Shown one piece after another: positions 35,798 through 47,400 of a stretch of 64,000 nt of DNA. Both the position numbers and the translations under genes were made by a program. The stretch covers positions 1 through 64,000 of the forward strand of contig LVLI01000255.1 of assembly GCA_001687465.1 (NCBI GenBank), read 5' to 3'. The notes under the pieces are model-generated. The model saw only the letters and a list, made by a program, of their open reading frames with translations, searched no databases and was not told the DNA's origin. This DNA is from Halocafeteria seosinensis (lineage: Eukaryota). The number at the start of each line of letters is the position of its first letter. The stretch's first letter is position 1.

Positions 35798-36587
35798 TTT
35801 CGCAAGGTTTCCTACTTCAGAATTAAATAAACAAAGAACTGTTGCTCGCAAAAAATTTTTACGCAATGCGCAACCAGTTTATGAACACTGAAATCTATCG
35901 CTTGTACACAGCTTGTCAGTGGTTTTCCAATCCATTCAACTTTTCCAATTGTATTACGCTGGGAGACCGACCTGTGCTCACACAGTATGAGTCATACTTT
36001 CTGATTCTTCAACTGTGATTAAGTGATGAGTCATCCAGGATGACTCATCCAAAACAAGTTCGTTTACTCGCTTGCCACAGGATAAGAGGACTGTTGTGTA
36101 CGCCAAGAATGACACGGGGAAACCATCGATTGGCGCTACCACATCTGTAGACTGTGTGAGGTATGAAAGAGGGGTATGTATCTTTTCGAGTGGTGTAGAA
36201 TCTTTTGTTCTTCAACTTCAGGTGAACCCACTTCACACACGCAGGCGTAACACACTGTATCATGAGTCATTGGGGGAAACCGCTTCTACATGCAAATACC
36301 ATTGCCTGTGGAAATCCTGGAGCAAGGGTGAACGTAGCAATGGAAACCAAATCCTCAACGGGCAGTTCGGCTGCCAGTCCATCACTGTGCGAGGATGCAT
36401 ATCGTTTGCCGTAAAACGTGAGTGGGGTTCCAAACATCATGCTGAAACATGATACAAGTTGCCATACAATGCATCCCCGCCCTCTGGGAGACTGTCATCA
36501 TGTCAGTGCTTTCCAGTAATCGTGCCACCTTTGGTCTTAAGGGCTACGTATTGCCTCTCCAGGAATCAACAGTGTGCGCCTGAATCC

Positions 36588-39374
36588 TCATTCGGAATCT
36601 GTTTCAGTTAGAGATGAGTCCCCCGCGGAGATGCCTTCTTCATCTCTTCTCCTTTCATCATTTCCCGCCGCTTGGATGGCTGCAGTAGCCTTCGCCACCT
36701 CATGTACGTGGTCATCCTCACTATCATCCACTTCTCGAAAAGACGGATGTTGGTTCTCTCCGGAATCCATCGTCACTGTGCTCATACGCATATATTGAGT
36801 CCGTTCCCCCCTCCTTTTTCTCCATATCAAAAAAGCAATGAAGACAGTACCAACTATCAAAAGAGTGGCGACTGTCCAGCCTCGCTTTACCCACTTATCT
36901 ACGCTCTTTTCATTTATCCTTGTTTGGGAACCGCCATCAGAGCCAGTTGGAGGCTCTGACTCTTTCACTTTAAATTCACTTGGAACAAGTGAGCTCTCTG
37001 CATCTTACACCACAAATTCAGACAATAAATTAGCCTAGGTTGCACTTCGTACCAGTACTCTTACTTTGAGACGTGGGGTCGATCGATACTGTTCGACAAT
37101 TTGGGGCCTGAAACTCTTCGTCATCAAGTTTGGAACCATCCACGAATGCTGTGTAGTCGTCTATCTTCGTACTTTGAGTACAGAACGCGCTCGCTGAGTG
37201 ATTCGTCGTATTCGCTTTCGCGTTGTTGTATCTGAAGGCAGCACATGGGAGACACTTTGATTCGCCAACTAAGGGATATTCCGCTGAAAACATTGTTACA
37301 GCTTCCCCTATCTTAGCGAACTTAAGTTCTTTCTTTCTAGCCGATAAGCTGATGATTGAGCACTGGAAGGGACTTGAAGAGACAACAAATCCAAGTATGA
37401 TATAGTCATCATCATTTTCAGACAGGGTGTGTTGCGGCGTCGTGAGAAGACCGCGTCGCCTCGAACGGTCGCACGACGAGCAAGCACAGTGCTTCAGCGT
37501 TACGGGTATGGACTCATTGAGTTTCAGGCCTTCGATGCGTTGAACAGACGACGGGGTTGGCTCAAGTTCACGGAAAATGTTCGCGGAAAACTGAGTAGGA
37601 GTATCCGAGTGATGAGGGATAGACAACATTCTTCCAGGCTTGCATTTCTGAGGGGCAAGCTTACACTTCCAATTTCTGTTACGCGATGTAGATAGCCACG
37701 TATTCTTCATCGAAGTATCATACATGTATTGAAGCCACAGGTTTTCTTTGCATTTGGCATTCTGGCAGCCCTCAGAGGTATGCTCATTTAATGCACCGAC
37801 CCTCAACATTGGACAACTGTCCCCTACCTTCGATCGCCACTCTCTTGTGTCAACCAGAGAAGTGAATATTTTCCCATTAATCGGCCGCGTCCCTATATTG
37901 GAGTGCCGCATTACTACATGCGTCTGTACACATGGTAATCCACCATTATTTAGCCCAGGATCTACCACCGTAAACTTGCCTTCCGACACCACAGACTCAA
38001 GTTGCGGTCCTGCCGCCCACAGTGCTTGTGCGGCAATAGGCAGGCTTTCGGTCTCTAGTGAGCGAATCGATTTGGCTGCAGGCCACATGCCAGCGCTGAA
38101 AGGATCCTTATGGAAATAGGGTCCAACTTCAGGCGCAAAAGCAAATATTCCTCGCTTTCCAAACATGTAATCGCCGGCCTCCCCATTCACGGTGTAAAGT
38201 CCATTTTGGGATGCTTGGCCGTACAAGAAACCACTTCCTCTTGTCATCCTTTCAGCGATAGCAAACAATACGTTTCCGTTTTCCCCTTTAGGCTTTCCAG
38301 ATGCCTGCAATAGGAACACAATCCTACAGTTACTTTGAATGATTGGGACTATCGTTGCGACGAAATGGACTTACCGCGTGGGAATAAGGAACATTAATGA
38401 CCTGTCCGAAGGAGTGCCAATTCAAGGCAATATCAAAAACAACGTGATCTAGTAGAAATTTGATTGCTCGAGTTTCTGGCTCCGAAAATGGCCCTGAACC
38501 ACGATAAGCTTCATCACACTGTCCCCTGTCGTGTCTAGTGTCCACGCTCCCTTTGTTATCATAACTGAACTCATAGTCGTAATTCCTGTTCAAGTCGACC
38601 CCAATGTCCTGGGAGCTACACTTTGGTGTTCTTCTCCGATTCTTACGAGCCATGCATACTTTCCCTTTGCACGATTTAGCATTGTCGATGTTCCATTGGT
38701 ATCCATCGGGATTTACGACTGGGACGAACCAAATCTGTTTCTGCCGCAACAGTGTCATAACCGTCGTGTCGCCATTGGCGGCAGCCGTGAGAAGCTCCCG
38801 GATGAATCGAAAGGATACCTGCAGTGGGGGAGTTAAAAACAATACAAAATGTTCCGACGTTATTTTGGAAACAGAGCGACATCATTTTATAAATGTGCAC
38901 ACGTACCATCATCCCCAGGGGTTCTCGAGCATGATGCAACGAGGTCAGCAGCACCGCCGGGGCACTTCTTCGGATATTCCTTCTCCCTTCTGTGGTATTC
39001 CAGGACGCCGCGGCTGAAAGAGCATCACATTGGCCGATACAAATAGCTTCAATAGATCTATTCTCCAGCGATTTTCCCAGAGTATACACGGGAGAGACCC
39101 ACTCTGGAAGCTGCAAATGAAATTCTTCCAGGAGTTGATGTGTCTGCTCCACGGTGTAATATCCACGAAATGCAGGTTTCTTGCCCCCACGTAGATTTAA
39201 TGGATCACGTATGGTCTTTCCCAGCACGAATAAAGACCTATCACGTCTTAACGAGCCGTGGGAATGGAGTGACATGGATGTTGCTGCTTGAAGTCCCATC
39301 AGAGACCAGAGCAACACCACACCGAACACCATTCTTTGGAACGATAACATTGTTTTCCACAAAAGCATACCCAT
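36588..39374 (-). CDS. M14 zinc carboxypeptidase (carboxypeptidase T-like) with signal peptide and C-terminal TM anchor, multi-exon
   Basis: HAREP, WFVPVVNPDGY, RKNRR, GVDLNRNY, FSEPET, WHSFGQ, GEAGDY, APEVG; C-terminal TM WTVATLLIVGTVFIAFLIW-RKRR joined via an intron near 37050-37000. Confidence 0.9.
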
Positions 39375-39861
39375 TTTGCCTACAGAATACGCACCCCCAA
39401 GAACGAAACCCAAACAAACAATACTCATATGCCTCGTGTGGCCCACGGTGTGGGTAGTGCGACGAATGGTGAAGCAATCTTTTCTGCTAGGAATCGATCG
39501 TTCGTACAACGTTCGTACAATTTACCACTGGATGGATTACCAGCTCAACTCTTCAGCAAGTTGGCAATAGCGACACGTTTTTTTATATCTAGAAAATTTA
39601 CTTCGCTTCGCGGTTGCATCAGCGCAACCTCATCAAGTAGGTCGTCGGTTGTTCTGATGGTAACGTCGTACTTGGTCATGGTAAGGTCGACCGGTGAGAG
39701 GTCTTAACTACGATAAAACTCATGTAGTGTCGTGGAAGATGAGCTTGTGACGAACAGCCGGAACTGTCCCAGATAGTATTGTCTTTGGAGCACTTGTTGA
39801 ACATCAAGTGCAGCTATTACCGTTTTTCATCTGTTCCATGTGCTGCCAACCCATTGTCGGC

Positions 39862-40722
39862 TCATAAAGAGGCAGCATTGTTCTGGGACTGTGCAGGAGC
39901 CTGGGGAGACATACATGCCATCCAAGTACTCACACAGTACGACAAAATGACTCCATCGAAATGGAGACCTATGAGTACTACTATAGCTGCAGAGATAAGC
40001 GTTGCGAAGACGCCCACAATGGGTAAAATACCGGTAATCAACATAGCCGCTGCAACCAATACTTGAAGGGCGACGCTAAACAAACTGTATCCTATCATTA
40101 TCGACACGCCTCTCCTCATTTTCTCAAAAGCAGAGCCCGTCACATGTCCAGTGGTGGGAGCCACGTTCCTCAGTCCCGCAATGATGTAGATGGCAGCTGC
40201 CAAGACTGCAGCTCCTTTGAGTACCGCAAGGATACTAAAAAATACCTGAACTCCTTGAGAGAAGGGTACTTCCTGTTGTGTACTAGAGCCAGCAGTCCCT
40301 GTTCCATGGCTTGAGGTTGTGTTGAGGGAGATACCAAACCCAACATGGCCTTTGTGGCCACCGCCGAGCCCAGAAAGGATATTCATGAGTCCACTGAGTA
40401 CCCGCAAGATTAACAATATCCAAGCGCTTGCTTTTAATGTAAAGCAGCCGCAACAGCATTTCGAAGGATGCAGATACTCGTACAAGCCAGCGGGAAGCTT
40501 TCGGATCCAAGGAGGCTCGAAGTAGACAGGGGATCCATCCGGATTTAGCTGTTGTTGCTCCTCATCCGGCTCATTTGTGCCTTCAGTGGACGGTGCTTCG
40601 GCACCTCCAGTATCTCGATAGGGTTGGAAACGTTCCGTATTCTGGAAGCCATTCTCGTTGTGATCTTCTGGAGGAGGAGGAGCTGTCGCTCCTGGCTGGG
40701 AAGTAGTAGCGTCGTGAGACAT
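39862..40722 (-). CDS. Multi-pass membrane protein with HPSKCCCGC motif (paralogue of 26542-27240)
   Basis: FEPPWIRKLPAGLYEYLHPSKCCCGCFTL, 4 hydrophobic helices, RRGVSI, LHFDGVILS. Confidence 0.8.
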   Translation of the reverse strand: MSHDATTSQPGATAPPPPEDHNENGFQNTERFQPYRDTGGAEAPSTEGTNEPDEEQQQLNPDGSPVYFEPPWIRKLPAGLYEYLHPSKCCCGCFTLKASAWILLILRVLSGLMNILSGLGGGHKGHVGFGISLNTTSSHGTGTAGSSTQQEVPFSQGVQVFFSILAVLKGAAVLAAAIYIIAGLRNVAPTTGHVTGSAFEKMRRGVSIMIGYSLFSVALQVLVAAAMLITGILPIVGVFATLISAAIVVLIGLHFDGVILSYCVSTWMACMSPQAPAQSQNNAASL

Positions 40723-40927
40723 GCCTCACTCCCAGTGGAATTATGGTTGTTCAAAACAAAACTATATAGTTAATTTATACACCCTGAATATCACAAGCAC
40801 AAGGGGGACCCCTACCATGTTTATACAAAACAGCTGTCTGCGGGTGAAGTACTAGATGTACACACACATACAGTATGGTAGGCCGCCTACCGTAGGCGGC
40901 TATTGGTAGCCCACCCACCGTGGTATG

Positions 40928-41466
40928 NNGGGTTTGAAATTTGCGGGTATCGGTTACCCGCGGGCGGGTACGGGTACCCGCGGCCTGGCACCCTGCGGGT
41001 CGCGGGCGGGTATGCGGGTAAACTCCGATGTTGAAGCTTCCCAATTTTATCCGATTACAGCCATTAGAACTCTATTTTTTAAGCATTTCTGTAATTGTAT
41101 GACAAATACGGTACTATATACGTGATTTTACCGTACAACACGGGTATTTGAGTAGTTTTGCAACTTTGTAGCTTTTTGACTCACTGGCTGAACTCCGCTG
41201 ACTCGTGTGACCCACTTCTACTGCTCCTACCATTTAGCGAGGATGAAGGTATATGATGATCCCAAAACGCTGTATCTAGGGTGTATTTGTGCTGATATGA
41301 ACTTATACATGGTTAGAATCGCGAAAACACCAAAACTTTCTTCAATATTCACTATACCCGCATACCCGCAATACCCGCAAGGTTTGGAGCGCGGGCGGGT
41401 GCGGGTAAGGATACCCGCGAGCTCGTGGCTGCGGGTCGCGGGTATACCCGCGGATTTCAAACCCTG
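40928..41466. mobile_element. Non-autonomous hAT-type MITE (539 bp)
   Basis: TIRs nngggtttgaaat ... atttcaaaccctg; identical 8-bp TSD gtggtatg at 40920-40927 and 41467-41474; clustered cgggt/acccg subterminal repeats; no transposase ORF. Confidence 0.92.
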
Positions 41467-42511
41467 GTGGTATGGCGGGTCTGGGACTCAGTCCTGGTGC
41501 AGAAAAGAACTGACCAAAATTGGACAATCGCTTCCGAGCGTTGTATAATGTCCCGTAATTGTCAGCAGAGGTCAGTAACGTTGGATTGGCCGCGTACTGC
41601 TCCGCCGAAAGCGCTTGTTGTCCTTGGACTCCTTGAAGTCTGCTGGCTCCGTGCGTAGCGGCAGCACACTACCACTGCGTACACACAACGAGCAACGAGG
41701 AAAGATTGCAGTACGATGTTGGGTACCGGTAGTCAAATCAAGTTGTGGTGAAAAATGCGACATTTTCAGGAAGTCATCAAGGGACTTCACCCCATTCATT
41801 CATGGTTGAGCTACATATATGGACCCTTGTTCTGGTTACGAGCCATCCGCGCGACTCAATACGTCGAACCAGTCGCCGGGACTTCCAGTGATGAAGTCCG
41901 CCGGAACCAGTATTCCGAGAGGTATTGTAGAGCTATTTTCTGGAAGCCTTGAAGCACAAACGTTTCGCCCCTTGTTATGTCTGGTATGTGGTGTGCGTTT
42001 GTACCACTTGCAACCAACTGACACCAATCCTTCAAAAAGTTGACAACGTTAAGTTGTAGTTAGTGGCAACCCATAACAACTTCGGTGAAAATAGCATCCA
42101 CGAATCTTAGCACATTGTTTCGATTCTCCCTTTCTTGAGGTTCAACATGGATTCCCAGACCCAACATCATCCTCACGAATGAAGGCAGCGGAAATAGCGC
42201 ACCGTCGGGTCGCAGCTGCGACCAGTGCAGGCGTCGCGGCGGACGGTCACGCTGTCTCTGGGGTTAACGCGCCTTGCCACAGCAGCTTTCGGGGGATAGA
42301 TACAGTAGTTCAACAAATGCCCTACGATGCATAGATTGACTAGTAGACTATATTGCGTAGTGTAGAGTCCGCCCGGGTCGTGTAGCATTGTTATTAGTGA
42401 AGGTGAGGGAATGGGCCGAGCCCGTAGTTCCTGGTTCCTTATCACATCAGCACATTGTAGAGCAAACTGAGCCGTTCTCAGTCCATTAGAGATCGTTGAG
42501 AGATACAGGAG

Positions 42512-45086
42512 ATGAACACGACGACGTTTCCTTCATTTCGGTACGCGCAACGCAATGTCTATAGATGCCGTCCCGCCCAACTAGTTGCCGCGGAGATAAC
42601 TTGGATAGTTTGCCCCATTTTTCCTTAGCATATTGTTTGGTATGCTTTCGTTGCAGGAGCAATTATCCCCCTTGTCTCCAGGATCTGTCTGAATATCTCC
42701 GAGGCAAAAAGTCTTCCGGTACGTATCCGCTGCGCTTGTGCAGCAGGCGCACTTGGTACTTACACCGGTTCGCCGTTAACACCACGGTTCCTTGTTGTCG
42801 GCTCCTAATGCAGAAGAAGAAGCGCGGTCCAAGTTTGGGGATGCGGCCAAGTCTGCAACTGCGCGATGGACACCAGATGGGAGATCCTACATAGGGAGAG
42901 TGGAAGCCCAAACCAGACCACATTCGACGCGGCCTTCAAGCGCGCAACACCGTGAATCTCCTCGCATGCTCGATACTGCTCGCTCAGTTCAGTTTGCTAG
43001 TAGAGGCAGTGACAGGCCAAATAGTGCCGTGTCCTTTCGTTCCGGACGGAACGCGTCAAGGCAGGGGAGTGCTGCTTCTAACCGGAGCAGCCGCGACAGG
43101 ACATACACACCGCGAACAGTTCCACCAATATACAGCTACGATAAGTTCCCTCATCTTGAAGGTGGAGCCCGTAGGCAAAAAGAATTCAGCTCTAGAAGTA
43201 GTTCAGTTCGTGGCCGTGTCAGTGAAGCTGCACTAGACAGCGTAAAGCAGAACGCTTTCTCCGCTGGATTTGATGACATCGCATACACTGCTGACGGAGG
43301 GAGACATAAATACTATGTCAAACCTAGTTTTCCAGTGGGGGCCACGGATCTTTCTGCCGCGGCTGGTCTGAACGAAAGCAAGTCCGACGTAAGACCACTG
43401 ACTTCTCGATGGTGGAATCAGCGGAAGGTGCCCGCAAAGAAACAGCCCAAAGGGCGTGCTGTGAAGCAACAGCATGAGGAGGAGGAGGAGGAGGAAGAGG
43501 AGGGAAAAGTAGGAGAAAAAGAAAAGGAATCGTGGAAATCCAATTCCTGGCGGTTGAGTCAGCTGGCGCTCGAACGGGAACAGAGATCGCATGCAGAACC
43601 TCTGGAGGGAGAGCAGGACTTCGCACTTCTAGAAAATGTGTCCATCCGAACACGAGATGAAATGGCGCAGGTACTCGAAGGTTTCGAAAATGTAAGCAAG
43701 TTGTCGCTTCGTCATAGTTCCCTAACTGATGAGAGCATTGGGTACGTGCCTTGGGCGACACCATTCTTACGGGAGATAGACTTGAGTAGGACCGGAGGCT
43801 ATGGTCCAGAAATGCTGTCCAGGCTACTTACAAGTCTTCCTCGTTTGAAGAATGTACGTTTGGAGCGTTGTGCGTGGCTATTCCGCGAGTCTAAGAGCGG
43901 AAATAAGGACCTAAGCATGGCAGTATTGCCCTCTTTGGTGACTGCTCCGAAAAGGGTTCATTCCCTTTCCTTGGCCCATTGCGACACACTAGAGGATTTT
44001 CACATTCTGGGAATGGCTGGTGTAAAAACTTACAACTCTACGCTGAGCGTAAAAAATGATGCAGATCGAGTGGACATTGAGCAACTTGCCCGAGCGGCAG
44101 CCGGAGCAACGTACCGAGGCTCTGCATTGGATGTAATTGCTACACCAGGTGCCCGCGATGTAGATGAAGATCTCATGTCACGGGAGGAATATAGAGAGAT
44201 GATGGCTAAGAAAGCCGAAGAGAGATCGAAGAAGGAGAAAGAGATGGCGGAAAAGAGTACTTTGGACACTGTTGCGAGGGAATTGGGAATGGAGAGAAAG
44301 CAAGATACGAAAGAGGAGGAAGAAGACGCGTCGGAGGACCAACTCATTGATAGCAGGTTATATGCTCCCTTGGATCCTTCTTCCGGGAAATGGCCGTGTA
44401 TTGAGGAGGAAGGTGTCCCTGATACGGTTGCATTGAGCCTCGAGACCCTGGATCTCACGTCCTGTAAGGGCATTACTGATAGATCGCTATTCTTTCTGGG
44501 CAATACATGTCACGAACTGGCACACATCTCACTGCGATTATGTTCCCAGAAAGGCTTAACAGACCGTGGGTTATGGGGTCTATGTAGAGGAACGCCGCGA
44601 CTGTTGAGTATGGATCTAACTGGATGCTCTCAAATAACTTCTGTTGGGGTACGCGCTATCGTCTACTCATGCCCACTCCTGCAGGAATTGATTCTTTCTG
44701 GATGTCGAAAGATTGATGACTATGGTCCGTACGCCATTACCTGTGCCCCGTGCCGTGTCTCATTGCGGTATGTCGATTTTACAAGGATAGAAACCATCAC
44801 AGCTATAAGCGTGCTACAGATGATACAATCTTGCAAAGCATTGGAGAAAGTGAATATTACCCTGTGTACAACAATCTCTCAAGGCGAAGCGTATTCTCTG
44901 GGCTACGCAGCTCCTTGGGTAAAGATCATCCGCGCTGCGGACGAGTACTATACTCAAGATAAAGCCCCTCGGCTTGTGCCTGGTTTCAAGCCAATTCCAA
45001 AATCTGAGACGTTCGACTACAATGCCAAGGCCTCAATGGCTACAACTGCGAAACCAAAGAAAAAGACTAAGGCGAAGAAAAAGTAG
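42512..45086 (+). CDS. Leucine-rich repeat protein (cysteine-containing / AMN1-FBXL-type LRRs), 3 exons
   Basis: LETLDLTSCKGITDRSL, LLSMDLTGCSQITSVGV, LQELILSGCRKIDD; two small upstream exons splice in phase (second intron 42719-42813). Confidence 0.85.
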
Positions 45087-45520
45087 CACGACCGTTGGGA
45101 CCCTTCTTTTCCCTGTTTGTAAACGTGCATTAGTGTTTTTTCAGTCCTAGGGGATTCCTACGGCAGCTGTGTTTAGTCGCACCGGTAATTCGTACTGTGT
45201 ATTTGCCAAGAACCGAAGCAAAGCGGACACTTGGTCCTGACGCAATTACCGCATCGACCAATATTACCAACTAACTAACGAACGAAATTACACACTGCAT
45301 TTTCTTTTCTTAGTACATGTCAGCCGCTTTTATGTATACAGGAAAGTACAGGCTGTGCGTACACAATTTCACCAGAAGGCTTCTCTAACATCCGTCTCCA
45401 GTTGGGGGTATGCGCCTGTGAAGGTGAGCGGTTCGTTGTCTGGAATGTTAGTGTAGAGAAGAACTCGTTCCGTAACTAGGAAAACCTTTCATCTATACAT
45501 AGACGCGTCCGACAACGGAG

Positions 45521-46255
45521 ATGGAAGTGCGCTATACTGTGTCGGCCATCCATCGCCCGTCGGCGTCTTCGAGTTCCCGGGACTCGGCCGACGTGTTCAT
45601 TGATTGGCTTCGGAATGGACATGCGCAGGATGTCATAGCTAGCGGCGCATCCTGGGCAGAAGTAGTCGAACTACAACAGGAGCAAGAGGAGGAGGAGAGT
45701 GTAGTGGTGCAAGCACGGTACGGATTTCCCTCGATGGAGCGCTTTGACGAGTACGTGACGCATTACGCCCCCAAATTGAAAGCTGAAGGACTGGCCAAAT
45801 TCGGACCCGATAGTGGACGGAAGGTGGAGTTCAATCGGTTCTCGGGGCAGTTAATGGACTCCCAGACGGTGGGGGAGAGGTCCTTACTAGTACGCCGCCG
45901 GGAAGGGGACCTTCGATACGGTGTACGCGCATACTGTGCAACGAGGGAGGCACGAGACTATTTTGTACGATGGCTTACAGACGGCCACGCTAGAGCTCTG
46001 ATAGAGAAAGGAGGTGCGCTATGGTACGAGATTGTGGCTGAAAGTCACCCTTCAGGAGAGGCGGAGGAATTTCGAGTGGAGGCGATGTATTCATTCTCGG
46101 GAAGCAGCGACTTTGAGCATTACCTGAATGAAGTTGCACCCCAGTTGCGTGCAGAATCACAAGCTGCGTTTGGTCCAGGTACAACATATCATTCCAGTAT
46201 CCGATTCGAACGCCAACGAATGACAAGGCTCTTTACCCAGACAGGGGATAAATAA
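45521..46255 (+). CDS. Protein with two tandem DUF4286-like (dimeric alpha/beta barrel) domains, intronless
   Basis: Internal duplication: RYTVSA..FIDWLRNGHAQDVI..ARYGFPS.E.FDEYV..YAPKLKAE....FGP vs RYGVRA..FVRWLTDGHARALI..AMYSFSG..FEHYL..VAPQLRAE....FGP. Confidence 0.65.
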   Translation: MEVRYTVSAIHRPSASSSSRDSADVFIDWLRNGHAQDVIASGASWAEVVELQQEQEEEESVVVQARYGFPSMERFDEYVTHYAPKLKAEGLAKFGPDSGRKVEFNRFSGQLMDSQTVGERSLLVRRREGDLRYGVRAYCATREARDYFVRWLTDGHARALIEKGGALWYEIVAESHPSGEAEEFRVEAMYSFSGSSDFEHYLNEVAPQLRAESQAAFGPGTTYHSSIRFERQRMTRLFTQTGDK

Positions 46256-46287
46256 ACAGGATATATCTTCTGATTCCTATCTCCTGC

Positions 46288-47400
46288 TTAGAACTGCAGA
46301 TGTAAGAATTGATCATGTCGTTCAACCGAATGTCCAAATTTTCTCACTTCACGGTTCATTCTGGTATGGATCCAAAGGAACTCTTCTTCATCTACCTCCT
46401 TGACGCACATCTTCTTGATCTGGACAGGCTTCATTCGTAAACGGACCAGGTTCCCAGTACCCTCCTCTAGTTCGGGAAAGTACATCAACGTCAAGTCTCC
46501 GCGATATTGCTCTTCGCCGCCATTTTCTATTCCTTCGTAGTCATTAATAAAGTCCCCAGCTCCATACAAAATAAGCTTGTTGTGGTATACCTCGATTGCT
46601 TTCGGATGATGAGAGGAATGGCCGAACACTAAGTCTACTCCGGCACTATCAATAAGAGAATGAGCAAAGGCACGCTGTTCTTCAGGAATTTCATATCCCC
46701 AATTTCCACCCCAATGCACCGAGTAGACTACGTAGTCTTGTTTCCCCTTGTGATGCCGTACTATGTCGCTAATCTTCTCCACTTCTTGCCGCTGATCCGA
46801 GGTCACAAATGAAATACCAGGAGTAAAATTTGTGGCCTTCCATATATCCGGGATGCCGCTGCTTGCTCTGCCACCGGCTATAACGATGCATCGCGCGTTA
46901 TGGAGCCGAAGCGTGGCTGGCGCTTCAGCTTCTGTTTGGTTACGGCCCGCTCCGACGGTCTGAATGCCTTCATGATTGAGAGTGTCGATAGTGTCATACA
47001 TGCCCTGAGTTTTCCAGTCTAGAACATGGTTATTAGCAAGCACGCAACAGTCTATGCCTGCTTCTTTTAAAACTTCAACATTTCCTGGATGCATCCTGTA
47101 GTGTATTCCCTTCCCCTCCAAGGGCTCTTCATGTTGGGTAACCGCCGTCTCAAGGTTGATTATCTTCGCATGTGGTTTCACTTCTTCCCAGACCTTAAAA
47201 GAATCCCCCCAGACGTAGCTGTAGTCCACGGGTTTAGACGAGATCGTCCCATTCTTTCTTTCCGCCAAGTGGGTGTAAAACGAAGCGTCCTTGACGAAGC
47301 CTTCGTAAATCGTCTTCGGAACGGAGTGTGGTAGAATCTGATCTACCCCTCTTCCAGTCATCACGTCTCCACACAGGAATAGCGTAAATGGACGAGCCAT
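46288..47400 (-). CDS. capA: CapA/PGA_cap family metallophosphoesterase (poly-gamma-glutamate synthesis protein-like), intronless
   Basis: GDVMTGRG, INLET, LANNHVLDW, GAG.N, VHWG.NW, GHSSHH, LYGAGDF. Confidence 0.9.
   Translation of the reverse strand: MARPFTLFLCGDVMTGRGVDQILPHSVPKTIYEGFVKDASFYTHLAERKNGTISSKPVDYSYVWGDSFKVWEEVKPHAKIINLETAVTQHEEPLEGKGIHYRMHPGNVEVLKEAGIDCCVLANNHVLDWKTQGMYDTIDTLNHEGIQTVGAGRNQTEAEAPATLRLHNARCIVIAGGRASSGIPDIWKATNFTPGISFVTSDQRQEVEKISDIVRHHKGKQDYVVYSVHWGGNWGYEIPEEQRAFAHSLIDSAGVDLVFGHSSHHPKAIEVYHNKLILYGAGDFINDYEGIENGGEEQYRGDLTLMYFPELEEGTGNLVRLRMKPVQIKKMCVKEVDEEEFLWIHTRMNREVRKFGHSVERHDQFLHLQF

Noticed and set aside
36072..36452. 126-codon ORF upstream of sHSP-1
   Set aside because: Non-ATG start, no motif, and it overlaps a probable promoter region
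40928..41466. cgggt/acccg repeats as a CRISPR array, and short ORFs there as genes
   Set aside because: No regular repeat-spacer period; fully explained as MITE subterminal repeats
41475..42165. Second TIR element bounded by gggtctggga / tcccagaccc
   Set aside because: Only a 10-bp match, no TSD and no recognisable coding relic
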